IMG/VR virus record: IMGVR_UViG_3300048548_000653
Location: 12,978-76,977 of that record
Reading direction: 5' to 3' (one strand)
DNA length: 64,000 bases
Source of the DNA: a virus
In this document: positions 27,485 through 35,409 of the stretch, piece by piece
Layout of the letters: each line of letters begins with the position of its first letter
Numbering within the stretch: the stretch's first letter is position 1
Translations under genes and position numbers: made by a program
The notes under the pieces: model-generated
What the model saw: only the letters and a program-made list of their open reading frames with translations
Database searches by the model: none
Told to the model about the DNA's origin: nothing

Positions 27485-27566
27485 TTAAGTCTCCTGTGTG
27501 TATGTACTATATATAGCAGGGTTTGACCATAAAGTCAACCCTGCTAGGGTGTGTAAAAGTGTAGCA

Positions 27567-28478
27567 CTATATAGTATTTTTTTCCTGTATAAAATTATTG
27601 TAATTACTAATTCTAAATGTAATTCTATGTAACACACGTTCAGCAAGTATTTCTGGATCGTTTTGATCACGCTTATGTAAAGTTAATAATTGATCCATTA
27701 ACACAATATCTCCTGGTTCGTACCAATGCTGATAAATGTATTTGTCTTGGAACATATGATCATATAAACGTTGAAACAGTGTTTCGTCTTGTGTAATTAT
27801 TTTACATTTATTGTTAGTGTAAAAGTAAATGCCTTTGACACCTGCGATGTTTTGTTGGAGCAACCACATTTTATAAGGACCATCTTCGCCGTCCTTTTTC
27901 ATCATTTTGTACTGTGTTTCGTTTAGTCCTTTTGCCCAAACCTCTGGTGTATAGCTATATTCACAATGCACACCTTCTAATTCTTTTTTAAAGTCATCAT
28001 CTAAATCATTGTATGCTAGATTTGTATTCAAATAACTTGTGCTAGTATTTTCACAACCTTCGTAACCTTGTAGTGCTACACCATCAGCACGATCCAATCC
28101 GTTTAAGTTGGCGTGCCAATCTAAAATACCACTGCTGAATATACCAGTTGTAATACCTTTTTTATTTTTTTTACCTGTCGTTCTTTGTATAGGATATAGT
28201 TCTTTGTCTTTATCCCATTTGTCAGTGTTAGGAGGAGTCTTACCAATATAAAACTCCCCTTCTTTTGTATAAATCATTTGTCTGTAGTTAGCAACTGTGC
28301 CTATACGTTCCACAAAATTAACAAACCAATATGGTAATCTTTCTTGATGCTTTAATACAACTATTAAGTCTTTGCGTAAGATATTTTTTATTTTATCAGC
28401 ATCACTATCACTTAAATTTGTAATGTCAACATTATTAATTTGTGTAGCTACACCGTTTAAACTTTCTACTTGCATCAT
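27567..28478 (-). CDS. TauD/TfdA-family dioxygenase-like protein
   Basis: WHAN; T..LNTNLAYNDL; HWYEPGDIVLMDQLLTLHKR; LHR. Confidence 0.8.
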   Translation of the reverse strand: MMQVESLNGVATQINNVDITNLSDSDADKIKNILRKDLIVVLKHQERLPYWFVNFVERIGTVANYRQMIYTKEGEFYIGKTPPNTDKWDKDKELYPIQRTTGKKNKKGITTGIFSSGILDWHANLNGLDRADGVALQGYEGCENTSTSYLNTNLAYNDLDDDFKKELEGVHCEYSYTPEVWAKGLNETQYKMMKKDGEDGPYKMWLLQQNIAGVKGIYFYTNNKCKIITQDETLFQRLYDHMFQDKYIYQHWYEPGDIVLMDQLLTLHKRDQNDPEILAERVLHRITFRISNYNNFIQEKNTI

Positions 28479-28900
28479 TTTCTGTCTGATTTCTTTGGCA
28501 TTGTAAATAATGCTCTAACGTGATGAGGATGCTCTTTACAAGGTTGTCTAGCAAATACTACCCAACGAAATCCTTGAGCAGCAGACCAGTCTGGATATTC
28601 TTGCGCTATAAACTCTTTCATACTTGTGCCTGTGGTAAACACATCATCACAGATCATAATCTGATCATTAGGATCGCCACTTGCATATTCTTGCATTGCT
28701 TCTGCAAATGGTAATCCACCTCTTGGTATACCTACTGCTTTGTAAAAAGGTCTATCTTGGTATTCCATAACCATTCTTGCTATGGCTCGCCATTCATCTG
28801 GATGTATTGCATCACATTCTAGTTTCCAACTCAATGGCAAACCTGCGTGTGATATAAAGTCTCCTGCTTCAAATAGTCTTGCATTTGTTCTATGTGGCAA
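28475..28900 (-). CDS. type I phosphoribosyltransferase (orotate PRTase-like)
   Basis: GIPRGG; ICDDVFTTGTS PRPP loop. Confidence 0.8.
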   Translation of the reverse strand: MPHRTNARLFEAGDFISHAGLPLSWKLECDAIHPDEWRAIARMVMEYQDRPFYKAVGIPRGGLPFAEAMQEYASGDPNDQIMICDDVFTTGTSMKEFIAQEYPDWSAAQGFRWVVFARQPCKEHPHHVRALFTMPKKSDRK

Positions 28901-29705
28901 TGCTGGCTCCTGTAATCATTTTAATATTCGTACTTATTTTAGCATTAAATGCTTCGTCTGTCAAATCATAATATAAGCCTTCGGATAATGCTCTTGAAAA
29001 ACTTGCTGTAATACCTTTGTTTATTGATAACCTTTGACACGCTTCTGCTGTACTATATCCACCACTTAGAAATACAACCTTTTCAACATTATCAAACACT
29101 GTAAGATTATGATACAAGTTGGGTACTTCGGGTGGTGTTAGTTTGAGGATGCACTTGCCTGGAAACTCGTCCAAAAATTCATATAATTGATACATAAGAG
29201 TATCTTCAACTTGTTCTTTGATTGGATGATTGATAGGTACTTCTGGTTCAATAATAGGTACAAGTCCGTAATCAAAAATAGTACGAGCTAGTGTAAACTG
29301 TTGCTTGAGTACAGGATGTACCATTCCCTCACCGTGTACAATACTGCGCATCTTTGTACCATAAATCTTAGGACCAATACCGTTTGTAGCAAACTCCAAC
29401 ATCTGCTTTACTGGAAACTGTTTGAGTGTTCCGTCAGCATCACATCCACTGTCAATCTTTAGGAACGTGTCAATACCTTTTTCATCCAAAACGTTAACCA
29501 TACCACGTGTGACTGTGTCCTGGTAGAGGATTGCTGCCCAGATGTTTGAATCGTTGAAGTCAGGTGAGTTAACCATACGCATACGCATTTCGTGTACACG
29601 TTCCATTTTGTTGTCTTCTGTGTACTCACGTCCGTAGCGTTCTAGTACGCCACCTGTCGAACCACCACTGTGATCCATTGCTGCAATAAATCTGCGATCA
29701 CTCAT
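28890..29705 (-). CDS. class I fructose-bisphosphate aldolase
   Basis: FIAAMDHSGGST, FLKID, GTKMRS, PIIEPEV, LKLT, LSGGYS, ASFSRAL. Confidence 0.88.
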   Translation of the reverse strand: MSDRRFIAAMDHSGGSTGGVLERYGREYTEDNKMERVHEMRMRMVNSPDFNDSNIWAAILYQDTVTRGMVNVLDEKGIDTFLKIDSGCDADGTLKQFPVKQMLEFATNGIGPKIYGTKMRSIVHGEGMVHPVLKQQFTLARTIFDYGLVPIIEPEVPINHPIKEQVEDTLMYQLYEFLDEFPGKCILKLTPPEVPNLYHNLTVFDNVEKVVFLSGGYSTAEACQRLSINKGITASFSRALSEGLYYDLTDEAFNAKISTNIKMITGASIAT

Positions 29706-30036
29706 ATGACTCTCCTGTTTCACGGAAGAAGTTTTCACTCCAAAATGCCTTGTCGTCAATCCATACATCGTAGTTCTCTTTTTTGCCTACGCTGAGTTCG
29801 TGAAATTTAGCACCCCATTCAACTAATTGATTGTTTGTTAAGTTAAAATAATCTACACCACTTACGCAGCCTCGTGCTGTCATATATTTAATTGTATGAC
29901 CTGCATCGTACAATGCATTTACTCGTGCAATGCGTTCTGGCATTGGGATATGATTTGCATAATCCTTCTTGCCGCCGCTGTCTGGAATGATTACTTCCTT
30001 GCATATAGTTCCGTCGATGTCAATTACATATTTCAT
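29698..30036 (-). CDS. HAD-superfamily small phosphatase
   Basis: IDIDGTI, TARG, K...WIDDKA. Confidence 0.8.
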   Translation of the reverse strand: MKYVIDIDGTICKEVIIPDSGGKKDYANHIPMPERIARVNALYDAGHTIKYMTARGCVSGVDYFNLTNNQLVEWGAKFHELSVGKKENYDVWIDDKAFWSENFFRETGESYE

Positions 30037-30052
30037 TAAATGTCCTTTTTAT

Positions 30053-30090
30053 AAAAGAATAGCCGACCCTAGATTATAGAGACGGCTATT
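30053..30090 (-). terminator. terminator-like hairpin after yhhQ
   Basis: aatagccg...cggctatt with flanking A/T runs. Confidence 0.5.
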
Positions 30091-30106
30091 TGTTTTCTTA
30101 TTTAAT

Positions 30107-30721
30107 TTATTTACTATCTTCTGAAAGTCGTCCATTAATATACTTTAGTAGTAATCCGTATGCTGGTAAGAAAATAACCAACCCTACGCCAATCTTCAGT
30201 ACTGTTTGTGATCCTGCAATCTCCATCCAGTTTGCTGCCATATACTCATCTGCTGAGTTGTTGAATGCCACCCAAAAGAAAGTGTAACTATCAATAATAT
30301 TGGCTGCTACTGTTGATACAGCTGGTGCTAACCACCAAGCCTTATACTTTTCACGCAAATACTGGAAGACATAAACGTCTAACATTGTTCCAATAGCATA
30401 GGCTGTTGCACTTGCAAAACCAATACGCAGTGCCACTGATTGTGGTGCGCCTTCAAGCATTACAACTGCAATGCTTCCGATGATTGCCAACGGATATGCC
30501 GCTGCAATTGTTGCTCGAGCAATATTCTTACCTAACATTCTAACTGTTAAGTCAGTTGCTAAAACAACTAATGGGAACGTAAATGCTGCCCAAGTTAATT
30601 TGATACCAGCTATTTCTACTGGAATAGCAACTAGTGCATTACTTACTGTGATAACAACTACGTGTAATAACACTAGTTTGAGCAACATACTTCTATCAAT
30701 GTTTTTAAAAATTCCTATCAT
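30107..30721 (-). CDS. yhhQ: queuosine precursor transporter YhhQ (Vut_1)
   Basis: SNALV, TWAAFTFP...TDLTVR, RIGFASATAY, DVYVF, IDSYTFF. Confidence 0.88.
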   Translation of the reverse strand: MIGIFKNIDRSMLLKLVLLHVVVITVSNALVAIPVEIAGIKLTWAAFTFPLVVLATDLTVRMLGKNIARATIAAAYPLAIIGSIAVVMLEGAPQSVALRIGFASATAYAIGTMLDVYVFQYLREKYKAWWLAPAVSTVAANIIDSYTFFWVAFNNSADEYMAANWMEIAGSQTVLKIGVGLVIFLPAYGLLLKYINGRLSEDSK

Positions 30722-30744
30722 ACAATTCTCCCTTGTTTTGGAAT

Positions 30745-31027
30745 GAGGCCCGTTCTGTTGCTAGGTGGAACCCATACCCCGCATACCTAATTAGGCTGCA
30801 ATTGCCATTGCTGGCGCACGATTGTCATTTGCAATTGTGAATGTTGACCAATAACGCAGTCATCCGGTAAACTCCACTTCACTTTCACACCTGTCGATCC
30901 TAGTTCAGCCCCATCATAATTACTCTATGCCGTAAATTTGTAGTTTTTACGCTACAAAGTAATTATGGTGGAGCTGCCGGGTACTGCCCCCGGGTCCAGT
31001 ATGCGTTCACGTTGCTTCAACGTCTAC
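30745..31027 (-). ncRNA. ssrA: circularly permuted two-piece tmRNA
   Basis: piece ending CAGCTCCACCA (30966) precedes GGGGCTGAACTAGGATCGAC (starts 30912); G3-U70 pair; GGCAGTA T-loop; tag ORF 30832..30791 = ANDNRAPAMAIAA*. Confidence 0.93.
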
Positions 31028-31031
31028 AGTC

Positions 31032-31062
31032 TATTTATAACATAGATTTAAGCTTGTGTCAA
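31032..31062 (-). promoter_or_regulatory. composite early/late promoter for tmRNA
   Basis: TTGACA-17-TATAAA overlapping TATAAATA. Confidence 0.7.
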
Positions 31063-31070
31063 CAGACAAG

Positions 31071-31283
31071 TTACCATTTAGTAGATTTAATTTTTTGAAG
31101 TTGACGCTGAGATTTTACTGCATTAAGACAGTTTAATATTTTGCGCTGTTTTTGAAACGGTCTAGAATATCCATTCTTGTTTTGCCAAGTCTTATCTTGT
31201 TCCATTTCTTTTGACAGGGCTTCGCCTAACATTTTTTCCATAAACATAAGTTCATCGTCAGTTAGTAATTGTATCTTGTTCAT
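31071..31283 (-). CDS. hypothetical protein
   Basis: GGAG before ATG 31283. Confidence 0.55.
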   Translation of the reverse strand: MNKIQLLTDDELMFMEKMLGEALSKEMEQDKTWQNKNGYSRPFQKQRKILNCLNAVKSQRQLQKIKSTKW

Positions 31284-31470
31284 ACCGTTTTCTCCACTCT
31301 TGTTCAAAGTTCTCATCATATTCATAAAGAGGTGCACCATCTGCGCCGTCACGCCATAGACGATTAAAATAACTATTGTAACTACTTATGACTGTGTTGG
31401 GTGATGCGTCGAGGTGGCCTTTAACCATATAGAATATTCTGTATTCTTCTTTAAGGTCGTTTCTCAACAT
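31258..31470 (-). CDS. hypothetical protein
   Basis: TAAATA 4 nt before ATG. Confidence 0.55.
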   Translation of the reverse strand: MLRNDLKEEYRIFYMVKGHLDASPNTVISSYNSYFNRLWRDGADGAPLYEYDENFEQEWRKRYEQDTITN

Positions 31471-31515
31471 ACTGTATTTACAAAATTGTTATACATTGGG
31501 CGCTAACATAGGTTA

Positions 31516-32268
31516 TTAATTAGACTTTATAAGTTCGATAACAGTGGCACTAGGGTCAACGGTTCCAAACCTGTATCTATACGGAGTTTTATGATGACTA
31601 CCGTGATATAGTAAGTCAAACCAGCATAGTAAATATTTTGCCTTATCCCAATCTTGTACCTCACCGTACCAATGTCCCCAAGTATTAACTATTGAAGATT
31701 GAGTTAATACCAGTATACAATGAAAACAATACAATGAAAATAAAATTGGTGAAATGAAGAACAAACCAAGTAACACACAAACATTTATTAAGATATAGTA
31801 ATCAGTAGTAAATTTCATTAATTTAGAACGTTTGTACAATAAACCGTAACTTAATTCTTGTAATTTTTTATCTTTTGGTGTAGGCCAAATAAACCAACCT
31901 ACAAAAAATGCGCCTATTCTTCCGTAAATTTTTGGAGAATGAGGATCTCCATCTTTGTCACTAAATTTATGATGAGTGGTATGTGAAGAAACCCAAACAG
32001 GTATAGGACCAGCACCGGATAATGTTGATAAGAAGACTAATGTATAATGCCAAAATTTATTAGTTTTAAAAGATTGATGAGTAAAATATCGATGATATCC
32101 AACACTTGTTGAAAATAGGGCTAATAAATATGCAATTAATATTAATAAAATACAGACTATAAGTGGAAGTATGTAAAAAGAATATATTATTCCTATTATT
32201 GCAGGTATATGTATTACCCACAAATGTATATAATTTTTTTGTATAGTTTGAACATTAGAGTTTTTCAT
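31516..32268 (-). CDS. fatty acid (delta-9-type) desaturase
   Basis: His boxes HRYFTH, HTTHH, HGSHH; DPHSP; VNTWGH. Confidence 0.88.
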   Translation of the reverse strand: MKNSNVQTIQKNYIHLWVIHIPAIIGIIYSFYILPLIVCILLILIAYLLALFSTSVGYHRYFTHQSFKTNKFWHYTLVFLSTLSGAGPIPVWVSSHTTHHKFSDKDGDPHSPKIYGRIGAFFVGWFIWPTPKDKKLQELSYGLLYKRSKLMKFTTDYYILINVCVLLGLFFISPILFSLYCFHCILVLTQSSIVNTWGHWYGEVQDWDKAKYLLCWFDLLYHGSHHKTPYRYRFGTVDPSATVIELIKSN

Positions 32269-32275
32269 TTAATAT

Positions 32276-32539
32276 TTATGTAAACTGTCTTTCCAGAAGA
32301 TTATAATCTTCTAATGTAGTAATCATATCGCCAGCTAGATAAAAATTCATTTCTTTCAATAGTTCTTCGTCACTGCTATAAACACCAGCACATATATAAT
32401 TATTTTTATCTATGTATTTTATGATCTCGTCTTTGTTTTTCCAATTAGGAAACCGTATCAAACATCTTGCTGTATCTTCACAAACCATAATAGTTGTAGG
32501 AACTAATTGGTATTTGTCTTCAAATTCATATTTTATCAT
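32276..32539 (-). CDS. hypothetical protein
   Basis: 87-aa ORF, TAATG coupling. Confidence 0.5.
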   Translation of the reverse strand: MIKYEFEDKYQLVPTTIMVCEDTARCLIRFPNWKNKDEIIKYIDKNNYICAGVYSSDEELLKEMNFYLAGDMITTLEDYNLLERQFT

Positions 32540-32718
32540 TATATGTCGTTCTTCATTTGCTGTATTTCTTGTCTACGATCTGTAATTAGTTTTTTTAGAT
32601 CATTAAGTGCCTGCCTTGCACGAACCGCACTAACCTTTACACCATTCTCTTCAAAGTTTTCTATTTCTTTGAGATATGTTGCAAATGCTAATTTAAGTTG
32701 TTCGTGTGTGTCACTCAT
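32539..32718 (-). CDS. histone H1-like Hc1-family small protein (59 aa; not in ORF track)
   Basis: MSDTHEQLKLAF...FEENGVKVSAVRARQALNDLKKLITDRRQEIQQMKNDI. Confidence 0.6.
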   Translation of the reverse strand: MSDTHEQLKLAFATYLKEIENFEENGVKVSAVRARQALNDLKKLITDRRQEIQQMKNDI

Positions 32719-33283
32719 CCAGTATTATCTCGCACACTTTTTTCCAGTCATCTACTCTTTCTACTTCAGGATGATGAAACCAAGTGTTCCAAGGATGGCT
32801 AATTAGAATAGGCTTCAAACCAAACTTCAATCCTGTTACAGCATTTTCAGGTTTATCTTCTAACCAATACAAGCCTGTTCCGTCATACTGTTCAAGTATG
32901 TGATCTTTAGGACCATTAGCCGTAACATAATGCATTTTGTCAAAAGTCTTTTTACCAAACAAGTATCTTAGATGTCGATTCCTAGTTTCTTGAACATACT
33001 CATTTGTTCCAACTGCTGTGCAAATATCAATCTCAAAGCCATTGTCTACAAGTTTTTGCACACCTTCTTTTGCATCACGTAGATAAGCTAAATGTGATAT
33101 CCAAACGCTTTCGTTGAAGTCTTTTATAAGTCCTTCAGCTTGATCTCTATTGATATCATATCGCAGATTGACTGCATAGTTGTCTGGACTTTGTATAGCA
33201 AAGCCTTCTTCTTCCATCCACTCGTTGAATTTTGTATTCCAATCCAGTAATACTCCGTCAACATCTGTAATTATTTTTTTCAT
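32711..33283 (-). CDS. HAD 5'(3')-deoxyribonucleotidase-like protein
   Basis: DVDGVLLDW; K; WLEDKPENA. Confidence 0.75.
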   Translation of the reverse strand: MKKIITDVDGVLLDWNTKFNEWMEEEGFAIQSPDNYAVNLRYDINRDQAEGLIKDFNESVWISHLAYLRDAKEGVQKLVDNGFEIDICTAVGTNEYVQETRNRHLRYLFGKKTFDKMHYVTANGPKDHILEQYDGTGLYWLEDKPENAVTGLKFGLKPILISHPWNTWFHHPEVERVDDWKKVCEIILDE

Positions 33284-33302
33284 AGATCTCTCTTTCTATA
33301 TT

Positions 33303-33331
33303 ATTATAGTAAATTATTACAGAATTGTCAA
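33303..33331 (-). promoter_or_regulatory. consensus sigma70 early promoter
   Basis: TTGACA-17-TATAAT. Confidence 0.85.
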
Positions 33332-33334
33332 GTG

Positions 33335-33682
33335 TTAACTGTTTGCGTGTACTGTTGATTGAGTCACTGAAGTAATTTTTGCACCACAGCCGTATGTATC
33401 GTCTTTACGTCCTATGTTAAGATTGTTAGCAAATACATTTGCGCTGTGTGTAGCTAGGCCTGTTTGATGTGTGCTACATCCAGGAATGGTGTGTGCTACT
33501 TCGTTATCGCCTTTTCTAACAACCCCTACATTTTCTACAAAAACATCGCTACTACCGTCTGCTGTTACTATGTTTTGTGGAGCAGCATCGCAAGCAATGC
33601 CGTCATCAGGATCAGCATCACCAACACTCACGTGAATTGTGTTTACTATATCTACTCCATCTTTTCTTGCAACTAAAGGCAT
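33335..33682 (-). CDS. PAAR-like tail spike tip protein (gp5.4-like)
   Basis: VARK, GSSDVFVEN..VVRKGD, H...H, NVFANNLNIGRKDD..CGAKI. Confidence 0.7.
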   Translation of the reverse strand: MPLVARKDGVDIVNTIHVSVGDADPDDGIACDAAPQNIVTADGSSDVFVENVGVVRKGDNEVAHTIPGCSTHQTGLATHSANVFANNLNIGRKDDTYGCGAKITSVTQSTVHANS

Positions 33683-33690
33683 AAATTTTC

Positions 33691-33984
33691 CTAAGCTAAT
33701 GCAATTCCTGTGGTGCTTTGTACATATTGCTTTGCCATATTATCTTCTGTTTTATGGCAAAAAACCACTGCACTTTTATTTATTTTGATATTGCTTTTAG
33801 GATCTACTGTAAAAGTATATGGACCTAATCCAATACCCTCAGGAGTAGACATTAATGCCATAGGCTTTGTAATTGTAATTGTCGTATTATCCTCTTCAAC
33901 AAATCGGCAGACAATTTCATCACCTCCTGCGGCTGTTTTAATGGTTACAGTATCATTCATTTTATATGGTGCTTCTAATAACAT
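33691..33984 (-). CDS. conserved T4-like phage protein (Sm-like fold)
   Basis: VTIKT..GDEIV...KPMAL...QYVQSTTGI. Confidence 0.55.
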   Translation of the reverse strand: MLLEAPYKMNDTVTIKTAAGGDEIVCRFVEEDNTTITITKPMALMSTPEGIGLGPYTFTVDPKSNIKINKSAVVFCHKTEDNMAKQYVQSTTGIALA

Positions 33985-34235
33985 TATAGTGTATATCCTG
34001 TTCCTGTATAGTTTGTATTTTCGACATATGAAAGTAATTGTTCATATCCGCCTACTTTATGTCCGTTAATTACTATTTGTGGAAATGTGCGAGCTTCTGG
34101 AAATTCTTCTAAAACTCTTTCTCTTTCAAAGTCTTTTCCCATTTCTAAATATTCAAACTCAAAGTTACTTTTTTCACAAAACATCTTTGCCTTTGTACAA
34201 CTCGGACACGCCGGTTTTCCCCAAATTTGTATCAT
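33984..34235 (-). CDS. glutaredoxin
   Basis: CPSC; RTFPQI; VGGY; downstream of nrdB. Confidence 0.9.
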   Translation of the reverse strand: MIQIWGKPACPSCTKAKMFCEKSNFEFEYLEMGKDFERERVLEEFPEARTFPQIVINGHKVGGYEQLLSYVENTNYTGTGYTL

Positions 34236-35335
34236 AGTGAAAATCCTTTTAGGCTGTCTTTGCTTACGTCTTGTTTGATACCACCAATAACATATGATTC
34301 AACTTCTGTCTCTTGTGGAGCAACTTGTAGCCCAGAGCTACTTAACCAATGTTGTGTCCAAGGAAGTGGGTTGGTATTCACTGGTTGATCAAATATTGCT
34401 TGCATACCTAGTGCTTTTAATCTACGGTTTGCAATGTACTCGACATATTGATTTAATAACGTTGTGTTTAACCCAATCATTGATCCGTCTTTGAAAAGGT
34501 ATTCTGCCCAATCTTTTTCTTCAGCTACACATTCACGCCATAAGTCGTAAACTTCCTCTTGGCAGTCTTTTGCAATTTTGGCCATTTCTGGATCGTCTTT
34601 GCCGTTTGCCCACAACTTCAATACGTGTGTGCTTAGTGCTAGATGCTGTGCTTCGTCACGAGCAATTAATGAGATAATCTTTGCAGACCCTTCCATTAAT
34701 TTTAGTTCGCCAAAGCCAAACGTACAAGCAAAACTTACGTAAAAACGTAGTCCTTCTAATATATTAACTGTCATCATTGCTAGATACATTTTCTTCTTAA
34801 CATCATACATCGAACCTTCGCCACGATGGAAATATGCATCTGCTGCTTCGTTGAATGCATCGTAGTGTTTGGTTACACTAGTTGCTCTAGCAATAATTTT
34901 TTCATCATCTAGAATAGTGTCAAACACTTCTGCAGGATCAGCATACACATTTTTCATAATGTGTGTATAACTGCGTGAATGGATTGTTTCAAAGAAATCC
35001 CAAGTAACAATACAGCCCTCTAGTTCAGGAAGTGATACGTGTGGCAAAAATGCTAAACAAGGGCCACGTCCTTGTACACTGTCGAGCAGTGTTTGATACT
35101 TTAGATTTGCTGTAAAGATGTGCTTCTGTTCTGGACGGAAGTTTGCAAAGTCAGCTCTATCTTTTTGTAGACTTACTTCTTCAGGACGCCAAAAGTATCC
35201 TAGCATTGTTTGATTCAATTTATCAAACACTGGAAATTTAAACACATCATAACGCTGTGTGTTTTGATCTGCTCCGAAGAACATATTCTGTTTTGTGAAG
35301 TCTACCTTCTCTTTATTAAAAACTGTCTTTGACAT
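34232..35335 (-). CDS. nrdB: ribonucleotide reductase class Ia beta subunit
   Basis: FWRPEEV, LDSVQGR, ETIHSRSY, LEGLRFY, DEAQH, VAPQETE. Confidence 0.97.
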   Translation of the reverse strand: MSKTVFNKEKVDFTKQNMFFGADQNTQRYDVFKFPVFDKLNQTMLGYFWRPEEVSLQKDRADFANFRPEQKHIFTANLKYQTLLDSVQGRGPCLAFLPHVSLPELEGCIVTWDFFETIHSRSYTHIMKNVYADPAEVFDTILDDEKIIARATSVTKHYDAFNEAADAYFHRGEGSMYDVKKKMYLAMMTVNILEGLRFYVSFACTFGFGELKLMEGSAKIISLIARDEAQHLALSTHVLKLWANGKDDPEMAKIAKDCQEEVYDLWRECVAEEKDWAEYLFKDGSMIGLNTTLLNQYVEYIANRRLKALGMQAIFDQPVNTNPLPWTQHWLSSSGLQVAPQETEVESYVIGGIKQDVSKDSLKGFSL

Positions 35336-35368
35336 TTAGATTCCTCTTTCTGTGTATCTCTATAGATA

Positions 35369-35397
35369 ACTATACAGCCATTAAGGCTGTATGTCAA
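35369..35397 (-). promoter_or_regulatory. sigma70 promoter for nrdB with internal inverted repeat
   Basis: TTGACA-17-TATAGT; atacagcc/ggctgtat palindrome. Confidence 0.7.
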
Positions 35398-35409
35398 CTA
35401 GTTTTGTAT

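Noticed and set aside
27523-27538. FNR-like box TTGAC-N6-GTCAA
   Set aside because: Spacing is wrong for FNR (N4); one half is simply the -35 element of a sigma70 promoter.
30722-30790. preQ1 riboswitch upstream of yhhQ
   Set aside because: The region is occupied by the tmRNA 3' end, and no preQ1 consensus is recognisable.
30966-31000. tRNA-like 3' end (T-arm plus CCA)
   Set aside because: It is the acceptor portion of the permuted tmRNA; no anticodon arm is present. No standalone tRNA was recognised in the window.
33335-33682. Type VI secretion PAAR effector module
   Set aside because: No T6SS genes nearby; a phage spike-tip protein is the simpler explanation.
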